NCBI GenBank assembly: GCA_964016885.1
Contig: OZ024741.1
Coordinates: 397,668,001 to 397,732,000, forward strand
DNA: 64,000 nt
Reading direction: 5' to 3'
DNA from: Eledone cirrhosa
Taxonomy: Eukaryota
Shown: positions 1 through 11,070 of the stretch, piece by piece
Numbering within the stretch: position 1 is the first letter of the stretch
Layout: the number at the start of each line of letters is the position of its first letter
Made by a program: the position numbers and the translations under genes
Notes under the pieces: model-generated
What the model was told of the DNA's origin: nothing
Seen by the model: the letters and a program-made list of their open reading frames with translations, nothing else
Databases searched by the model: none

Positions 1-1469
1 CGTAAAAGTTGGCGTCCATCAGGGCTCTGTTCTCAGCCCCCTACTATTTATTATTGCCCTTCAGGCTATAACAGAGGAGTTCAAGACAGGCTGCCCATGG
101 GAACTCCTATACGCAGACGACCTGACACTCATAGCGGAATCAATGGCCGAGCTAGAGAAGAAATTCCAAACATGGAAGCACGGCCTAGAGTCAAAAGGAC
201 TTAAAATTAACCTGGCTAAGACCAAAGTTCTAGTTTGTAGGAAAGAAAACAAGGCGGCGGTCCCTTCTGGGAAATGGTCGTGCTCGGTATGTAGGAAAGG
301 CGTAGGTAGAAACTCCATCTTATGTCCTAAATGCAAAGTATGGGTGCATAAAAGATGTAGTGGGATCACAGGTAAGCTAACTAAGAACATAGACTTTACA
401 TGTGGCCGGTGTTCTGGTGCAATAAGTAGCAGCAAGTGCCCACAAAATACTAGCTCTTTCAATTGCGCAGAGGGTTCTATAGAAATAGTGGACAGCTTCC
501 GTTACCTGGGCGATAAAATCAGCAGTGGGGGAGGGTGCTCTGAAAGTACTGTAGCTAGAGTCAGAACTGGTTGGAAAAAGTTCAGAGAGCTTATACCACT
601 ATTAGCTGCTAAAGGGTTCTCCCTAAAAATGAAAGGCAGGTTGTACGATGCCTGCATACGAACAGCAATGTTGCATGGTAGTGAGACCTGGGCATTGTGT
701 GCAGAGGATATACGCAGACTAGAGAGGAACGAAGCTTGCATGCTCCGCTGGATGTGTAACAGTAATATACGTGAACGGCAAAGCATAAACGAACTAAGGA
801 AAAAATTAGAGATAAGAGGGATCAGATGTTGTTTACTCGAGAGAAGGCTGCGTTGGTATGGACACGTGATGCGCATGAAAGTCGATAGCTGTATTACAAA
901 GTGCAGGGCAATAAAGATAGACGGTAGCCACGGAATAGGCAGACCTAGAAAAACATGGGATGAGCTGATAAACTCCGACCTCACACACTTACACCTCTCC
1001 AAGACAATGTCACTGGACCGTGACCTTTGGCGGTACTCAGTAACAGAGAAGACCCGCCTTGCCAGTAGGCATCTCTAACAAAATACACCCCGTCCCGCCA
1101 CCACCCCCACCCCATCCACACCACCCCGTTCTATGTAAAGTTATGTTGGTGCCGCGCCATCCAGGCCGAAACAAATGAGATCGTGTAGGTGTCACGACAA
1201 AAAAACACACAGTCCACGCTGTAATGTGGCCGTGTAGGCAACACGGTAAAAACCTCCCAGACCCACACTGTAAATGTGGTTGGTGTTAGGAAGGGCATCC
1301 AACTGTAGAAAACCTGCCAGACAGTCCTATGCGAGCAAGACAATCACTCTTGCCTCAAGTGGGACTACCCCCGTCCAAACCCATGCAAGCGTGGAACACG
1401 GACGTTAAACGTTGATGATGATGATGATGATATATAAACCCATGCAAGCGTGGAAGATGGACGTTAAAC

Positions 1470-1500
<31 letters not shown>
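1..1500 (+). mobile_element. RTE-clade LINE, 3' part (copy A; continues upstream of window)
   Basis: RT motifs HQGSVLSPLLF and LLYADD; RTE C-terminal LRWYGHVMRM and GRPRKTW; 3' UTR ending in CCATGCAAGCGTGG hairpin plus (GAT)n tail, with the tail duplicated at 1437-1500. Confidence 0.95.
2..1078 (+). CDS. RTE ORF (RT C-terminal half with C4HC3 PHD-like insertion)
   Basis: Frame open from base 2 (VKVGVHQGSVLSPLLF...) to TAA at 1078; colinear with ORF 58937-61921. Confidence 0.9.
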   Translation, partial: VKVGVHQGSVLSPLLFIIALQAITEEFKTGCPWELLYADDLTLIAESMAELEKKFQTWKHGLESKGLKINLAKTKVLVCRKENKAAVPSGKWSCSVCRKGVGRNSILCPKCKVWVHKRCSGITGKLTKNIDFTCGRCSGAISSSKCPQNTSSFNCAEGSIEIVDSFRYLGDKISSGGGCSESTVARVRTGWKKFRELIPLLAAKGFSLKMKGRLYDACIRTAMLHGSETWALCAEDIRRLERNEACMLRWMCNSNIRERQSINELRKKLEIRGIRCCLLERRLRWYGHVMRMKVDSCITKCRAIKIDGSHGIGRPRKTWDELINSDLTHLHLSKTMSLDRDLWRYSVTEKTRLASRHL

Positions 1501-1502
<2 letters not shown>

Positions 1503-1568
1503 ATATTATAAAGTAAAATGACAAGAGGCCAAATATATTAAGTTTTCTTAATAGTTTATTCCTGCAAA

Positions 1569-1624
1569 CACTATACACATTTCAGTAGCCAGATTGCGTA
1601 AGAACCTGGTGACATCTTCAGGTG
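1569..1624 (-). ncRNA. minimal type I hammerhead ribozyme motif
   Basis: Reverse strand reads CAC-CTGAAGA-stem II-GAAA-TGTGTA-TA-GTG. Confidence 0.7.
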
Positions 1625-1936
1625 TATATTGTGTAATAGATGTATACCAACAGAATGATGGTAAACTCATTCCAAGAGGCTTTAAGGAAAAAAGCAAAGA
1701 AAAAACAGAAGAAAAAGAAGTGTGTTTATGTTTTTGACCCAGAGCCAAATGTTCTTATAATGACGTCATCTCTGAGATGACGGGGCACTATAACAACATG
1801 CTGCTTCATTTGTCTCTGGGTCAAAAACATAAACACACTTTTTTTTCTTCTCTGTTTTTTCTTTGCTTGTTCCCTTAAAGCCTCCTTGGAATGGGTTTAC
1901 CATCATTCTGTTGGTATACATCTATTACACAATTTA

Positions 1937-1992
1937 CACCTGAAGATGTCACTGGGTTCTTACACAACCTGGCCACTGAAATGTGTATAGTG
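1937..1992 (+). ncRNA. minimal type I hammerhead ribozyme motif
   Basis: CAC-CTGAAGA-tgtcactgggttcttacacaacctggccact-GAAA-TGTGTA-TA-GTG; stem III looks like CpG-decayed ATGCGCAT. Confidence 0.7.
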
Positions 1993-2206
1993 GTTGCAGT
2001 AATAAATAATCAAGGAAATTCAACATATTTGGCCTCCTGTCATTTTACTTTATAATATATTTGACTCCGTTCCTGCACCACCAACATGATTCAACATCAG
2101 AGATGGATGAGTTGCTTAATGTTGAGTGCTTTTCTCATATTATATCATGGTTAATATTGCAGAATGAGCAATTCTACCCAGTGGTAAACCACTAAATTTA
2201 AACATA

Positions 2207-2267
<61 letters not shown>

Positions 2268-2269
<2 letters not shown>

Positions 2270-2838
2270 CAAAGTGCAGGGCAATAAAGATAGACGGTAG
2301 TCACGGAATAGGCAGACCTAGAAAAACCTGGGACGAGCTGATAAACTCCGACATCACACACTTACACCTCTCCAAGACAATGTCACTGGACCGAGACCTT
2401 TGGCGGTACTCAGTAACAGAGAAGACCCACCTTACCTAAATATATAGTAAAACCTACTCCAGCCAGTAGGCATCTCTAACAAAATACACCCCGTCCCACC
2501 ACCACCACCCCCACCCCATCCACACCACCCCGTTCTATGTAAAGTTATGTTGGTGCCGCGCCATCGAGGCCGAAACAAATGAGATCGTGTAGGTGTCACG
2601 ACAAAAAAACACACAGTCCACGCTGTAATGTGGCCGTGTAGGCAACACGGTAAAAACCTCCCAGACCCACACTGTAAATGTGGTTGGTGTTAGGAAGGGC
2701 ATCCAACTGTAGAAAACCTGCCAGACAGTCCTATGCGAGCAAGACAATCACTCTTGCCTCAAGTGGGACTACCCCCGTCCAAACCCATGCAAGCGTGGAA
2801 CACGGACGTTAAACGTTGATGATGATGATGATGATGAT
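2268..2838 (+). mobile_element. 5'-truncated RTE 3' fragment
   Basis: Near-identical to 895-1430; (GAT)n tail; flanked by (TA)n. Confidence 0.92.
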
Positions 2839-2851
2839 ATATATATATATA

Positions 2852-3024
2852 TGAAGGAACAATGGACTTTCATCAAAACAGACTGAGGAGACAATGTTTC
2901 CATTGGTCTTTCCAATTGCTAATACTATCTATCGGTCGCAACTCCAGGTAGAAGGAGCAACGTGAAATAAAGAGTATTGCTCAAGGATATAACGCATCGC
3001 CTGGTCTGGGAATCGAACTCACAA
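2852..3024 (-). mobile_element. tRNA-derived SINE, 5'-truncated (same family as 62685-62903)
   Basis: B-box-like GAGTTCGATTCC on minus strand, CCTTGAGCAA core, tail shared with the 62685 copy. Confidence 0.75.
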
Positions 3025-3418
3025 AGAAATATATATATATATATATATATTTCTTTTCTTTTTTTCCCTGTCTATCAATCCATCCATTCATACACCTATC
3101 TCTCTCTCTCCCATTTGCTCCTCTCTCCTCTCTCTCCCCTCCCCTCATTCCTCTCTACCTCCCCCATCCATATCACCCCCTCCACCACCACCCTCTCTCC
3201 CAGTGTCCAGTTATTTCTGCCATAATGTGGTCATTGACCTAACTTAGAATTATCAACACTCAACTGTTCAACTTCAGTCAATAAACCTCCTTTATAACTT
3301 GTTTAGATAATCATATGACAAAACATAAATTAATATTATAGACAAACACATACTTTCAATTTACCCTTACACATATATGAGTGTGTGTATACACATACAT
3401 ACATACATTATATATATA

Positions 3419-3525
3419 TCCCGCCGAGGTTAACTTTGCCTTTCATCCTTATGGGGTCGATAAAATAAAGTACCAGTAATACACTGGGATAATTGCTGGC
3501 CTTGTGCCAAAAGTAGAAACAATTT
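3419..3525 (+). mobile_element. SINE fragment with Nin-like central domain
   Basis: CCGAGGTTAACTTTGCCTTTCATCCTT..GGGGTCGATAAAATAAAGTACCAGT, repeated at about 12118, 24048, 29117 and 55550. Confidence 0.7.
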
Positions 3526-3543
3526 ATATATATATATATATAT

Positions 3544-3748
3544 AACGAAGGAAATGTGGTAAGGAACCAGGTGGACCATAACGCACCAAAGTACTCAATA
3601 CTTAGGGTAGTAGAGTGGGTAATAGGAACAAGTAAGACCCCAACGGCTGAGCTCAAGCCGTTTCGACGGCTAATTCTGGACTGATTCAGTCCAGAATTAG
3701 CCGTCAAAACGGCTTGAGCTCAGCCGTCGGGGTCTTACTTGTTCCTAT
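3544..3748 (-). mobile_element. fold-back 3' end of a putative Penelope-like element (hammerhead 3' half)
   Basis: Near-perfect palindrome about 3622-3748 centred near 3685; carries GAAAC-GGCT-loop-AGCC-GTH; homologous to 21521-21700; (TA)n on both sides. Confidence 0.65.
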
Positions 3749-3914
3749 ATATATATATATATATGTAGGAGGTGAGTTTTATTGTAGTACAATAAAGCAA
3801 TGCAGATATCGGATAAGAAGCACTCTACAGTTTGTAGGACTGGAGTATACATAATATATAAGATCAAAAGATGGTTAAAAGAGTTCCATGTATTTTATTA
3901 TGCGCATTTCAAAA

Positions 3915-4261
3915 CTGACACCAATTCCTTCACCTATTTTGGCTCCACTTCCACCTCCTTTAAAGCTCGTCTTTATAATCATCATTCGTCTTTTAAATAC
4001 CAACTTAAAAGAACCAACACGGCTCTCTCAGAACTCATATGGTCCTTGAAAGACAGAAATATTAAATATAACATCTCTTGGAAAAAGGTTTCTTCTGCTT
4101 CTCCATACTTGAACAGTTCTCTATCCAAGACTTGCAATCTCTGTCTAAATGAAAAATTTACCATTATATCTAATTTAGATTCTATAATAAATATACGCAC
4201 TGACTTGTTTTCTCTCTGCTTGCATAAATTCCACAGAACATTCCATAAAGTATACAGCTAA
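3915..4261 (+). pseudogene. GIY-YIG endonuclease C-terminal fragment of a Penelope-like element
   Basis: YFGSTSTSFKARLYNH..TALSELIWSLK..ISW..CNLCLNEK..INIRTDLFSLCLH; the N-terminal part of ORF 3800 derives from the inverted pLTR and flank. Confidence 0.85.
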
Positions 4262-4704
4262 TATCCAATACTTTATCAATTTAGAATCCTTTTCTCGAAG
4301 GCACATATATATATATATACTTCTTTAAAAATATACCCATCTTTCTACCTTATTTCAAAGTTATTTATTATACATTATATAATACTTGTTACTCATTCTA
4401 TATCACTCCTATTTATCACTTCCCTTTCTTCCTTTTCCTTTTCTTTTCTTTTTCTTTTAATTTCTAACCCCTAATCTGTACCTTTTCTCACTGTGCCTAA
4501 CATAGAAACAATTATTACACAATACAATATATTCTTACTTTATATCACCTTGAAAAAATCTTTCGTAAACATAAACACATTTTTTTGACGTTAGATTATT
4601 CATCCTCAATTCATTATTTTTTTCTCCCTTTCATCTAACTTATTCATGCTCATCTCACAATATATCCTTACTTACATTACTTTTGTTTTTTTAATAATAT
4701 ATAT

Positions 4705-4865
4705 CAACATTTTCTTTCCATCGCACATATTATTAAACCCTTAAATATTATTCTTAATACATATTAACATTTTCTTTCCATCGCACATATTATTAAACCC
4801 TTAAATATTATTCTTAATACATATTAACATTTTCTTTTCATCGCACATATTATTAAACCCTTCAA
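4705..4865 (+). repeat. about 60-bp tandem repeat, about 2.7 copies, inside PLE 3' UTR
   Basis: AACATTTTCTTTCCATCGCACATATTATTAAACCCTT recurs at about 4707, 4766 and 4826. Confidence 0.85.
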
Positions 4866-5216
4866 TATACAAACCTTAACTTTACATTATTTTTCTCTTC
4901 GTTAATTTTCAAATTCTTTTAATTTATACATTATCTTCCAACGGTTTTTCAACCTCTCTATGTAAAACAATACATTTTTCTCAGTTATAAAAGCTATATC
5001 TCTCTCTCTATCACCCATCTCTCCTCCTATCTCATCCTTCCTCATTATACTCCTCCTCCTCCACTTTTTACTCTCATCTCCTCCTCTTTTTCACCCCCCC
5101 CTTTTTCCTCTTTTTTTTTTTTCCAATATCACACATCAATCTAAAACTACTTTTCATATGTTGATTTAAAACTGCACTATTCACAAGTGTTTTTTAACCT
5201 TCATATCATGTCTTCC

Positions 5217-5287
5217 TATTTTATCTGATGAAAACACAAATATTATTGCATGATGATATTTGTTTTTGAAATGCGCATAATAAAATA
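5217..5287 (+). ncRNA. type I hammerhead ribozyme
   Basis: TATTTTAT-CTGATGA-long stem II-GAAA-TGCGCA-TA-ATAAAATA; perfect 8-bp stem I, palindromic stem III ATGCGCAT. Confidence 0.88.
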
Positions 5288-5315
5288 CATGGAACTCTTT
5301 TAACCATCTTTTGAT

Positions 5316-5371
<56 letters not shown>

Positions 5372-5377
<6 letters not shown>

Positions 5378-6190
5378 GATATTAGATAAATGGAAACTAT
5401 ATTTATAAAACCATATTTATTCTATTATATATATTTCAAGGGTACCAAAACTTTAGTACACTCTCCTCAGATAAAATACAAAGTTTGTTTTATAAATATT
5501 GACATATCCAGGAAGGAGATCTTAACGGTTCAAGTTTTTCCTGGATAGTAAAAGGAAAGTGAGGAAAAGTCAAATATTTCAAATTATTAAGATGAATATG
5601 CAAATGAGGTTGAGGTATAGGGCTGAAAAAAAGCGTTATTTTTAGACGCTAGGTAGATTTAAATAATTATTAGGATATATATATGTATGTGTAGGAAGAA
5701 GAGAGAGAAAGAAAGAAAAGCTTGTATTTACGTGAATTTAAAAAGAATTAACAGTTTGTAGGAATGGTGATATATGATTCCAGAATTTAAAAAAAATATT
5801 TAGCTATATTATGAGTTATAATATTATATATATAATCAATTAAATTATATGAAGAATTATGGTTGTAAGTACATTTTATCTTATTATATTGCAACAGGTT
5901 GTAAGTATATAAATATCTATATAGATTAATAAGTGTGCAAGTATAAGTATTATTGGTGATATTATAGAAATAAAACACGTATTAATTGTTTACATTTCTA
6001 ATATGAGTTACGAAAGATGTTGATTTTACATTTTACATAGATATTTAAGAAAAAGACGTAATTCAAATTCGAGTGCTTCGAATCAGTTATAAACATATAT
6101 ATTTGTTGAATTACCAACAAATTAAATATCCCTTTTGCTTATATATATATATGGATTTTAGTCTTCAAATTTATTATTATTACTATATAT
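5372..6190 (-). mobile_element. hammerhead-bearing Penelope-like non-coding element (family B)
   Basis: Homologous to 10785-11070 and 11258-11540 at both ends; (TA)n flanks. Confidence 0.7.
5418..5478 (-). ncRNA. type I hammerhead ribozyme motif
   Basis: Reverse strand TATTTTAT-CTGAGGA-gagtgtac..ggtaccctt-GAAA-TATATA-TA-ATAGAATA. Confidence 0.75.
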
Positions 6191-6228
6191 ATATATTTAA
6201 AAGAATAGAGGTGTAACACACGAGTTAT

Positions 6229-6712
6229 GATATATTGGTAAAAGGGAAAGAAAATGCTGACAAATTGTACCCAGTGAAAAATAGTTAAATTAGTAATAGT
6301 ATTGGTTAGTATTCAGTTTTGGTTTTAAGTTTAAAGACTTATTTTTCAGTGACTTCTCAATCAGCCGAGACAAACCTACATTTGGCGCAAAATCAATTTT
6401 TAACATTCACATGACCTCTATCTACCGACCAATCAAAATTGTTTTGACCACAAGAATTTTTTCATACATCTGGAGCCACTTTTTTTTACATAAAACAGGT
6501 AGAATTTCCAAAACTAATCAGATTAGAGCAAACATCACGGGCGCTCTATCTCAAAATTATTTTTGAAAAGCATTAGAAATGCGCAACCGGTAAAACTTAA
6601 AACCAAAACTGAATACTAACCAATACTATTACTAATGTTTACTTATTCCTAATTAAACTATTTTTCACTGGGAACAATTTGTCAGCATTTTCTTTTCCTT
6701 TTACCAATATAT
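6229..6712. repeat. inverted repeat of about 105-120 bp arms with about 260-bp spacer, TA-flanked
   Basis: 6229-6333 pairs with 6593-6712 (one indel). Confidence 0.85.
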
Positions 6713-6720
6713 ATATATAT

Positions 6721-7126
6721 ACATGGTCACTACTTTAAAAACGATAGCGTATGGTCTTCTAAATGTTTTTAATTAAACATACGGTATATTGCTGAATATA
6801 CTATACATACATTCATGTATACATCGCTATTTCAGAGCACCAATCCTAATACCTAATTTTTGCTGGACCGGCAATCGCTCTGTATAATCAGCTCCTGATT
6901 ATTACTGGAATTCTATAAGAATCCAGCTTCTATATTTTCGGCGAAAGCAGGGGAGTACGTGGCGCTGATGAACGCCAACCAGCGTGAAACAGACTGTCAG
7001 CTTCTCTCCCTTCTTTCGCCGAAAAGAAGTAAGTGACATAGTCACTACTTTAAAAATGATAGCGTATGGTCTTCTAAATATTTTTAATTAAACAGACAAT
7101 ATATTGCCAAATATACTATACATACA

Positions 7127-7130
<4 letters not shown>
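6721..7130 (+). mobile_element. retrozyme-like / partial tandem pLTR unit of about 316 bp
   Basis: About 95-bp direct repeats starting at 6721 and 7037 bracket a hammerhead; (TA)n both sides; no ORF. Confidence 0.7.
6935..7025 (+). ncRNA. type I hammerhead ribozyme with extended stem I
   Basis: CTGATGA-ACGC-caacca-GCGT-GAAAC-AGACT-GTC enclosed by TTTTCGGCGAAAG..GGGAG / CTCCC..CTTTCGCCGAAAA; one mismatch next to the cleavage site. Confidence 0.85.
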
Positions 7131-7570
<440 letters not shown>

Positions 7571-7790
7571 AAATTTGAAAAAGTGTCCTTTATAGCTAGG
7601 AGCACACAATGAATCAAACACAGTGAGCAAAGACAATGGAAAAACGAACTGTGGGAGATCATCATGGTTTTGGTTCTTTAAGGTCAATACCACTAGAACC
7701 AGTGCACAAAACTTCATGCCAAACAGTGGCTGAAGAAGTAAAGATGCAGTTGTTCATTTATCTTATATAGCTTTTTGTGTTGATACAATA

Positions 7791-7835
<45 letters not shown>

Positions 7836-7844
7836 ACAGACACA

Positions 7845-8125
7845 CCATGTGATAGTGGTTAGAGTGCTAGGCTCGTGATCGTAACATTGTGAGTTCAATT
7901 CTAAGGCTAGGCGGCATTTTGCCTCCATGAGCAAGATATTTTATTATATATGTAATTCAAGGGGCAACCTTGTCACATATTGTGTCTTGCTGAATCTCCC
8001 TGAGATCTACGTTAAGTGTGCATGTGTCTATGGACTACTCATGCGCTTTCACATTAATTTCATGAGCAGGCTGTTCTGTTTATTAAATCAACTGGAGTGT
8101 TTATTGTAGGAAACAACGGAGGAGG
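7845..8125 (+). mobile_element. degenerate tRNA-derived SINE
   Basis: A-box-like TAGTGGTTAGAG, B-box-like GAGTTCAATTC, TGAGCAAGA core. Confidence 0.6.
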
Positions 8126-8157
8126 CTTATATTCACTTATCTCTGTATATCTTGTTT

Positions 8158-8800
8158 AGTGTGTCTCAACAGTAAGAAGTACTCAATACCCCCCTCCCCC
8201 CAGTCTGTCATGTCTTACTAGCTCTATACAGACGTCTATTGTGTTTCAACAGTAAGAAGTACTCAATACCCCCCCCCCCCCCAGTCTGTCATGTCTTACT
8301 AGCTCTATACAGACGTCTATTGTGTTTCAACAGTAAGAAGTACTCAATACCCCCCCCCCCCAGTTTGTCATGGCTTACTAGCTCTATACAGACGTCTTTT
8401 GTGTCTCAACAGTAAGAAGTACCCAATACTCCCCCCCCAGTCTGTCATGGCTTACTAGCTCTATACAGATGTCTATTATGTCTCAACAGTAAGAAGTACT
8501 CAATACCTCCCCCCCCCCCAGTCTGTCCTGACTTACTAGCTCTATATAGACGTCTATTGTGTCTCAACAGTAAGAAGTACTCAATACCCCCCCCCCCCCA
8601 GGTCTGTCATGGCTTACTAGCTCTATACAGACGTCTATTGTGTTTCAACAGTAAGAAGTACTCAATACCCCCCCCCCCCAGGTCTGTCATGGCTTACTAG
8701 CTCTATACAGATGTCTATTGTGTCTCAACAGTAAGAAGTACTCAATATCCTCCCCAGTCTGTCATGACTTACTAGCTCTATACAGACGTCTATTGTGTCT
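8158..8800. repeat. about 80-bp minisatellite, about 8 copies, with variable poly-C
   Basis: TGTCTCAACAGTAAGAAGTACTCAATA-Cn-AGTCTGTCATGGCTTACTAGCTCTATACAGACGTCTATTG. Confidence 0.95.
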
Positions 8801-9107
8801 CTGCTTTTAGAAGTACTAGAAACCTGACCTAGTCAATCATGGTTTACTAATTCTATACGGACGTTTAAATAAAATAACTAAAATAAATATAAGTGTTATT
8901 TGAGAAGCTGTAGAAGAAGGGTGTGGTGTGTCACCACTTCCTATTTCCTGCTCCCTCTAAAATTCCTAAATTTCTTGCTCTTTATCAAGTAACAATTACA
9001 GGGAAAACTGAAAGAATTCTAGTTTATTCTCAGGAGACTTTCCTTCTAATTCTTGCAACCTTCCTTCTTTGGCTGTCATGTCAACTATTGCAGATATGGA
9101 TTACTCA

Positions 9108-9650
9108 CCACACCACCACCAACACATTACCAGCAACACACCACCACACCACCACCACAACAACAACACCAGCACAACTGACACCACCACCACCACAACA
9201 ACAACACCAGCACAACTGACACCACCACCACCACAACAACAACACCAGCGCAACTGACACCACCACCACCACAACAACAGCAACAACACCACCAGCACAA
9301 CTGACACCACCACCACCACAACAACAACACCAGCACAACTGACACCACAACACCACACCACCACCGCCAGCACCTCAACCACACACCACCGTCTCCATAA
9401 CCCTGCCCCACCTACCACCACAACACAACTCCCAGTGCAACAGACAACACCACCACCACAACAACAACAACAACACCATCAAAGCAACACCACCATTACC
9501 ACAACAACATCAGCACAACCACTACTACTACACAATACCACCACCACAACAAAAGCAGCACAACCACTACTACTACACCACACCACCACCACAACACCAA
9601 CACCACCACCACAACACCACCACCAACACCACTACACCACCACCACTACT
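9108..9650. repeat. (CAC/CAA)n low-complexity tract with about 39-bp subrepeat
   Basis: CCAGCACAACTGACACCACCACCACCACAACAACAACA repeated. Confidence 0.9.
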
Positions 9651-10159
9651 AATCCCCAAAGTTGCAGATGGTGAAATCTATACAAGGTTATATAGAAAGA
9701 GACAAAGTAAGAAAGAAAGCAATAGAGAGAGAGTGAGAGGGTGGGGGTCATTTAATCAATGTTTCTTTTGTCTCCTACAAATTAAAAAGCTATTCAATGT
9801 GAGACTCAGGTAAAGTGTTGGGGATCAAACCTGTCTTAAATATATTTTATAACAAGTTACACAATAATGGAAATATGACAACAAAAAAAGATAAAAACAA
9901 AATTAAGTAATGAAAAGAGAGAAGGAAGGTGTAAAGAAGGACAGATCTTGCTGTATAGGGTTAGGGTTAGAGTTAGGGTTTGAGAGGAAAAGGAGGGAAA
10001 AGAAAGGACTTTTGGACCATGGAAAAGAGGGAGAGGATGATAGTCTCTGCCTATGGCAAGGTGGTTTTTCAGCTGCGAGCCAGGGACAAAACTTCAAAGG
10101 CATTTCTGCAGACAGTGGCCAGCAACACCTGCTCTTTAGTTTTTAAATAAATATCTATA

Positions 10160-10350
10160 TAAGGTGGTCGTGTAGGAGACATGGTAAAAAGGCTCCCAGT
10201 CCACACTGTAAATGTGGTTGGTGTTAGGAAGGGCATCCAGCTGTAAAAATCCTGCCAGAGACACAGTCTCCCAACCATTCCTGCATCAAATGGAACAAAA
10301 CCGTCTCAGCCATGCTAGCGTGGAAGATGGACGTTAAACAATGATGATGA
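10160..10350 (+). mobile_element. RTE 3' UTR/tail fragment
   Basis: GTGGTTGGTGTTAGGAAGGGCATCCAGCTGTA..CCATGCTAGCGTGGAAGATGGACGTTAAAC-(GAT)n. Confidence 0.85.
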
Positions 10351-10784
10351 CCCTATCAGTACACAGAAGAAACTCCAGAGTAACAGGACTAAAACTTCAC
10401 CTTAATATATATTAATCTCTACTATGGTATTGAGTAGACATTCTCACCACCTTCCATATTTATAAGTAGTATTATATTACAGGTCCATATGAGCAAGATA
10501 TGACCTCCTGACCCGACTTGTCTCATAATGTGTCAACCTGTCAAACCCATGCAAGCGTGGAAAAGGACCTTAAATGATGATGATATATACATATATGCAT
10601 TGTTTAACATCCATATATATATACATATAATGTTTATATATATGTTATGTATTTCCGTAGAAATATATATATAGTTATGTAATAAACAAGATAATTATTT
10701 CATTTACCAGTTTCTTGAAAGTAAATATATATATATTTCAAAAGTAATATTTCAAAAGTAAAATATATATGTATACATATATGT

Positions 10785-11070
10785 AGAGGTTATATTTAAT
10801 TTGTTGGGATACAACAAGCAAAATATTTTTATAACTGATATAAAGCACTCAACAAATTATTGGAGTAAATATACAATATATTAACAAATGAAGATTCCAA
10901 CCAGAATGGTTGCATTTTTTAAGGGTATGTCAATATTTATTTATAAAACTAACCTATATTATATTTTATCTGATGAAAGCGCACTATAGTTTACTTTGGT
11001 GGCCCTTGAAATATGTATAATGAAATAAATATGGTTTTATAAATATAGTTTCCATTTGTTAATATATTGT
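10785..11070 (+). mobile_element. family B hammerhead element
   Basis: Reverse-complement match to 11258-11540. Confidence 0.75.
10962..11027 (+). ncRNA. type I hammerhead ribozyme motif
   Basis: TATTTTAT-CTGATGA-aagcgcac..gtggccctt-GAAA-TATGTA-TA-ATGAAATA. Confidence 0.8.

Larger units (their letters stand above)
1502..2200. mobile_element. Penelope-like pLTR remnant in head-to-head inverted arrangement
   Basis: 1502-1752 is the reverse complement of about 1807-2060; each arm carries a hammerhead motif; the right side runs into (TA)n. Confidence 0.75.
3853..5318 (+). mobile_element. 5'-truncated Penelope-like element with inverted 5' pLTR piece
   Basis: GIY-YIG fragment, AT-rich UTR, hammerhead at 5217-5287; 3853-3914 is the reverse complement of about 5264-5320; ends in (TA)n. 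Confidence 0.88.

Noticed and set aside
9805-9835. GKVLG peptide resembling the end of PLK exon 1
   Set aside because: In-frame TGA three codons upstream, the next residue is I not K, and no GT donor follows
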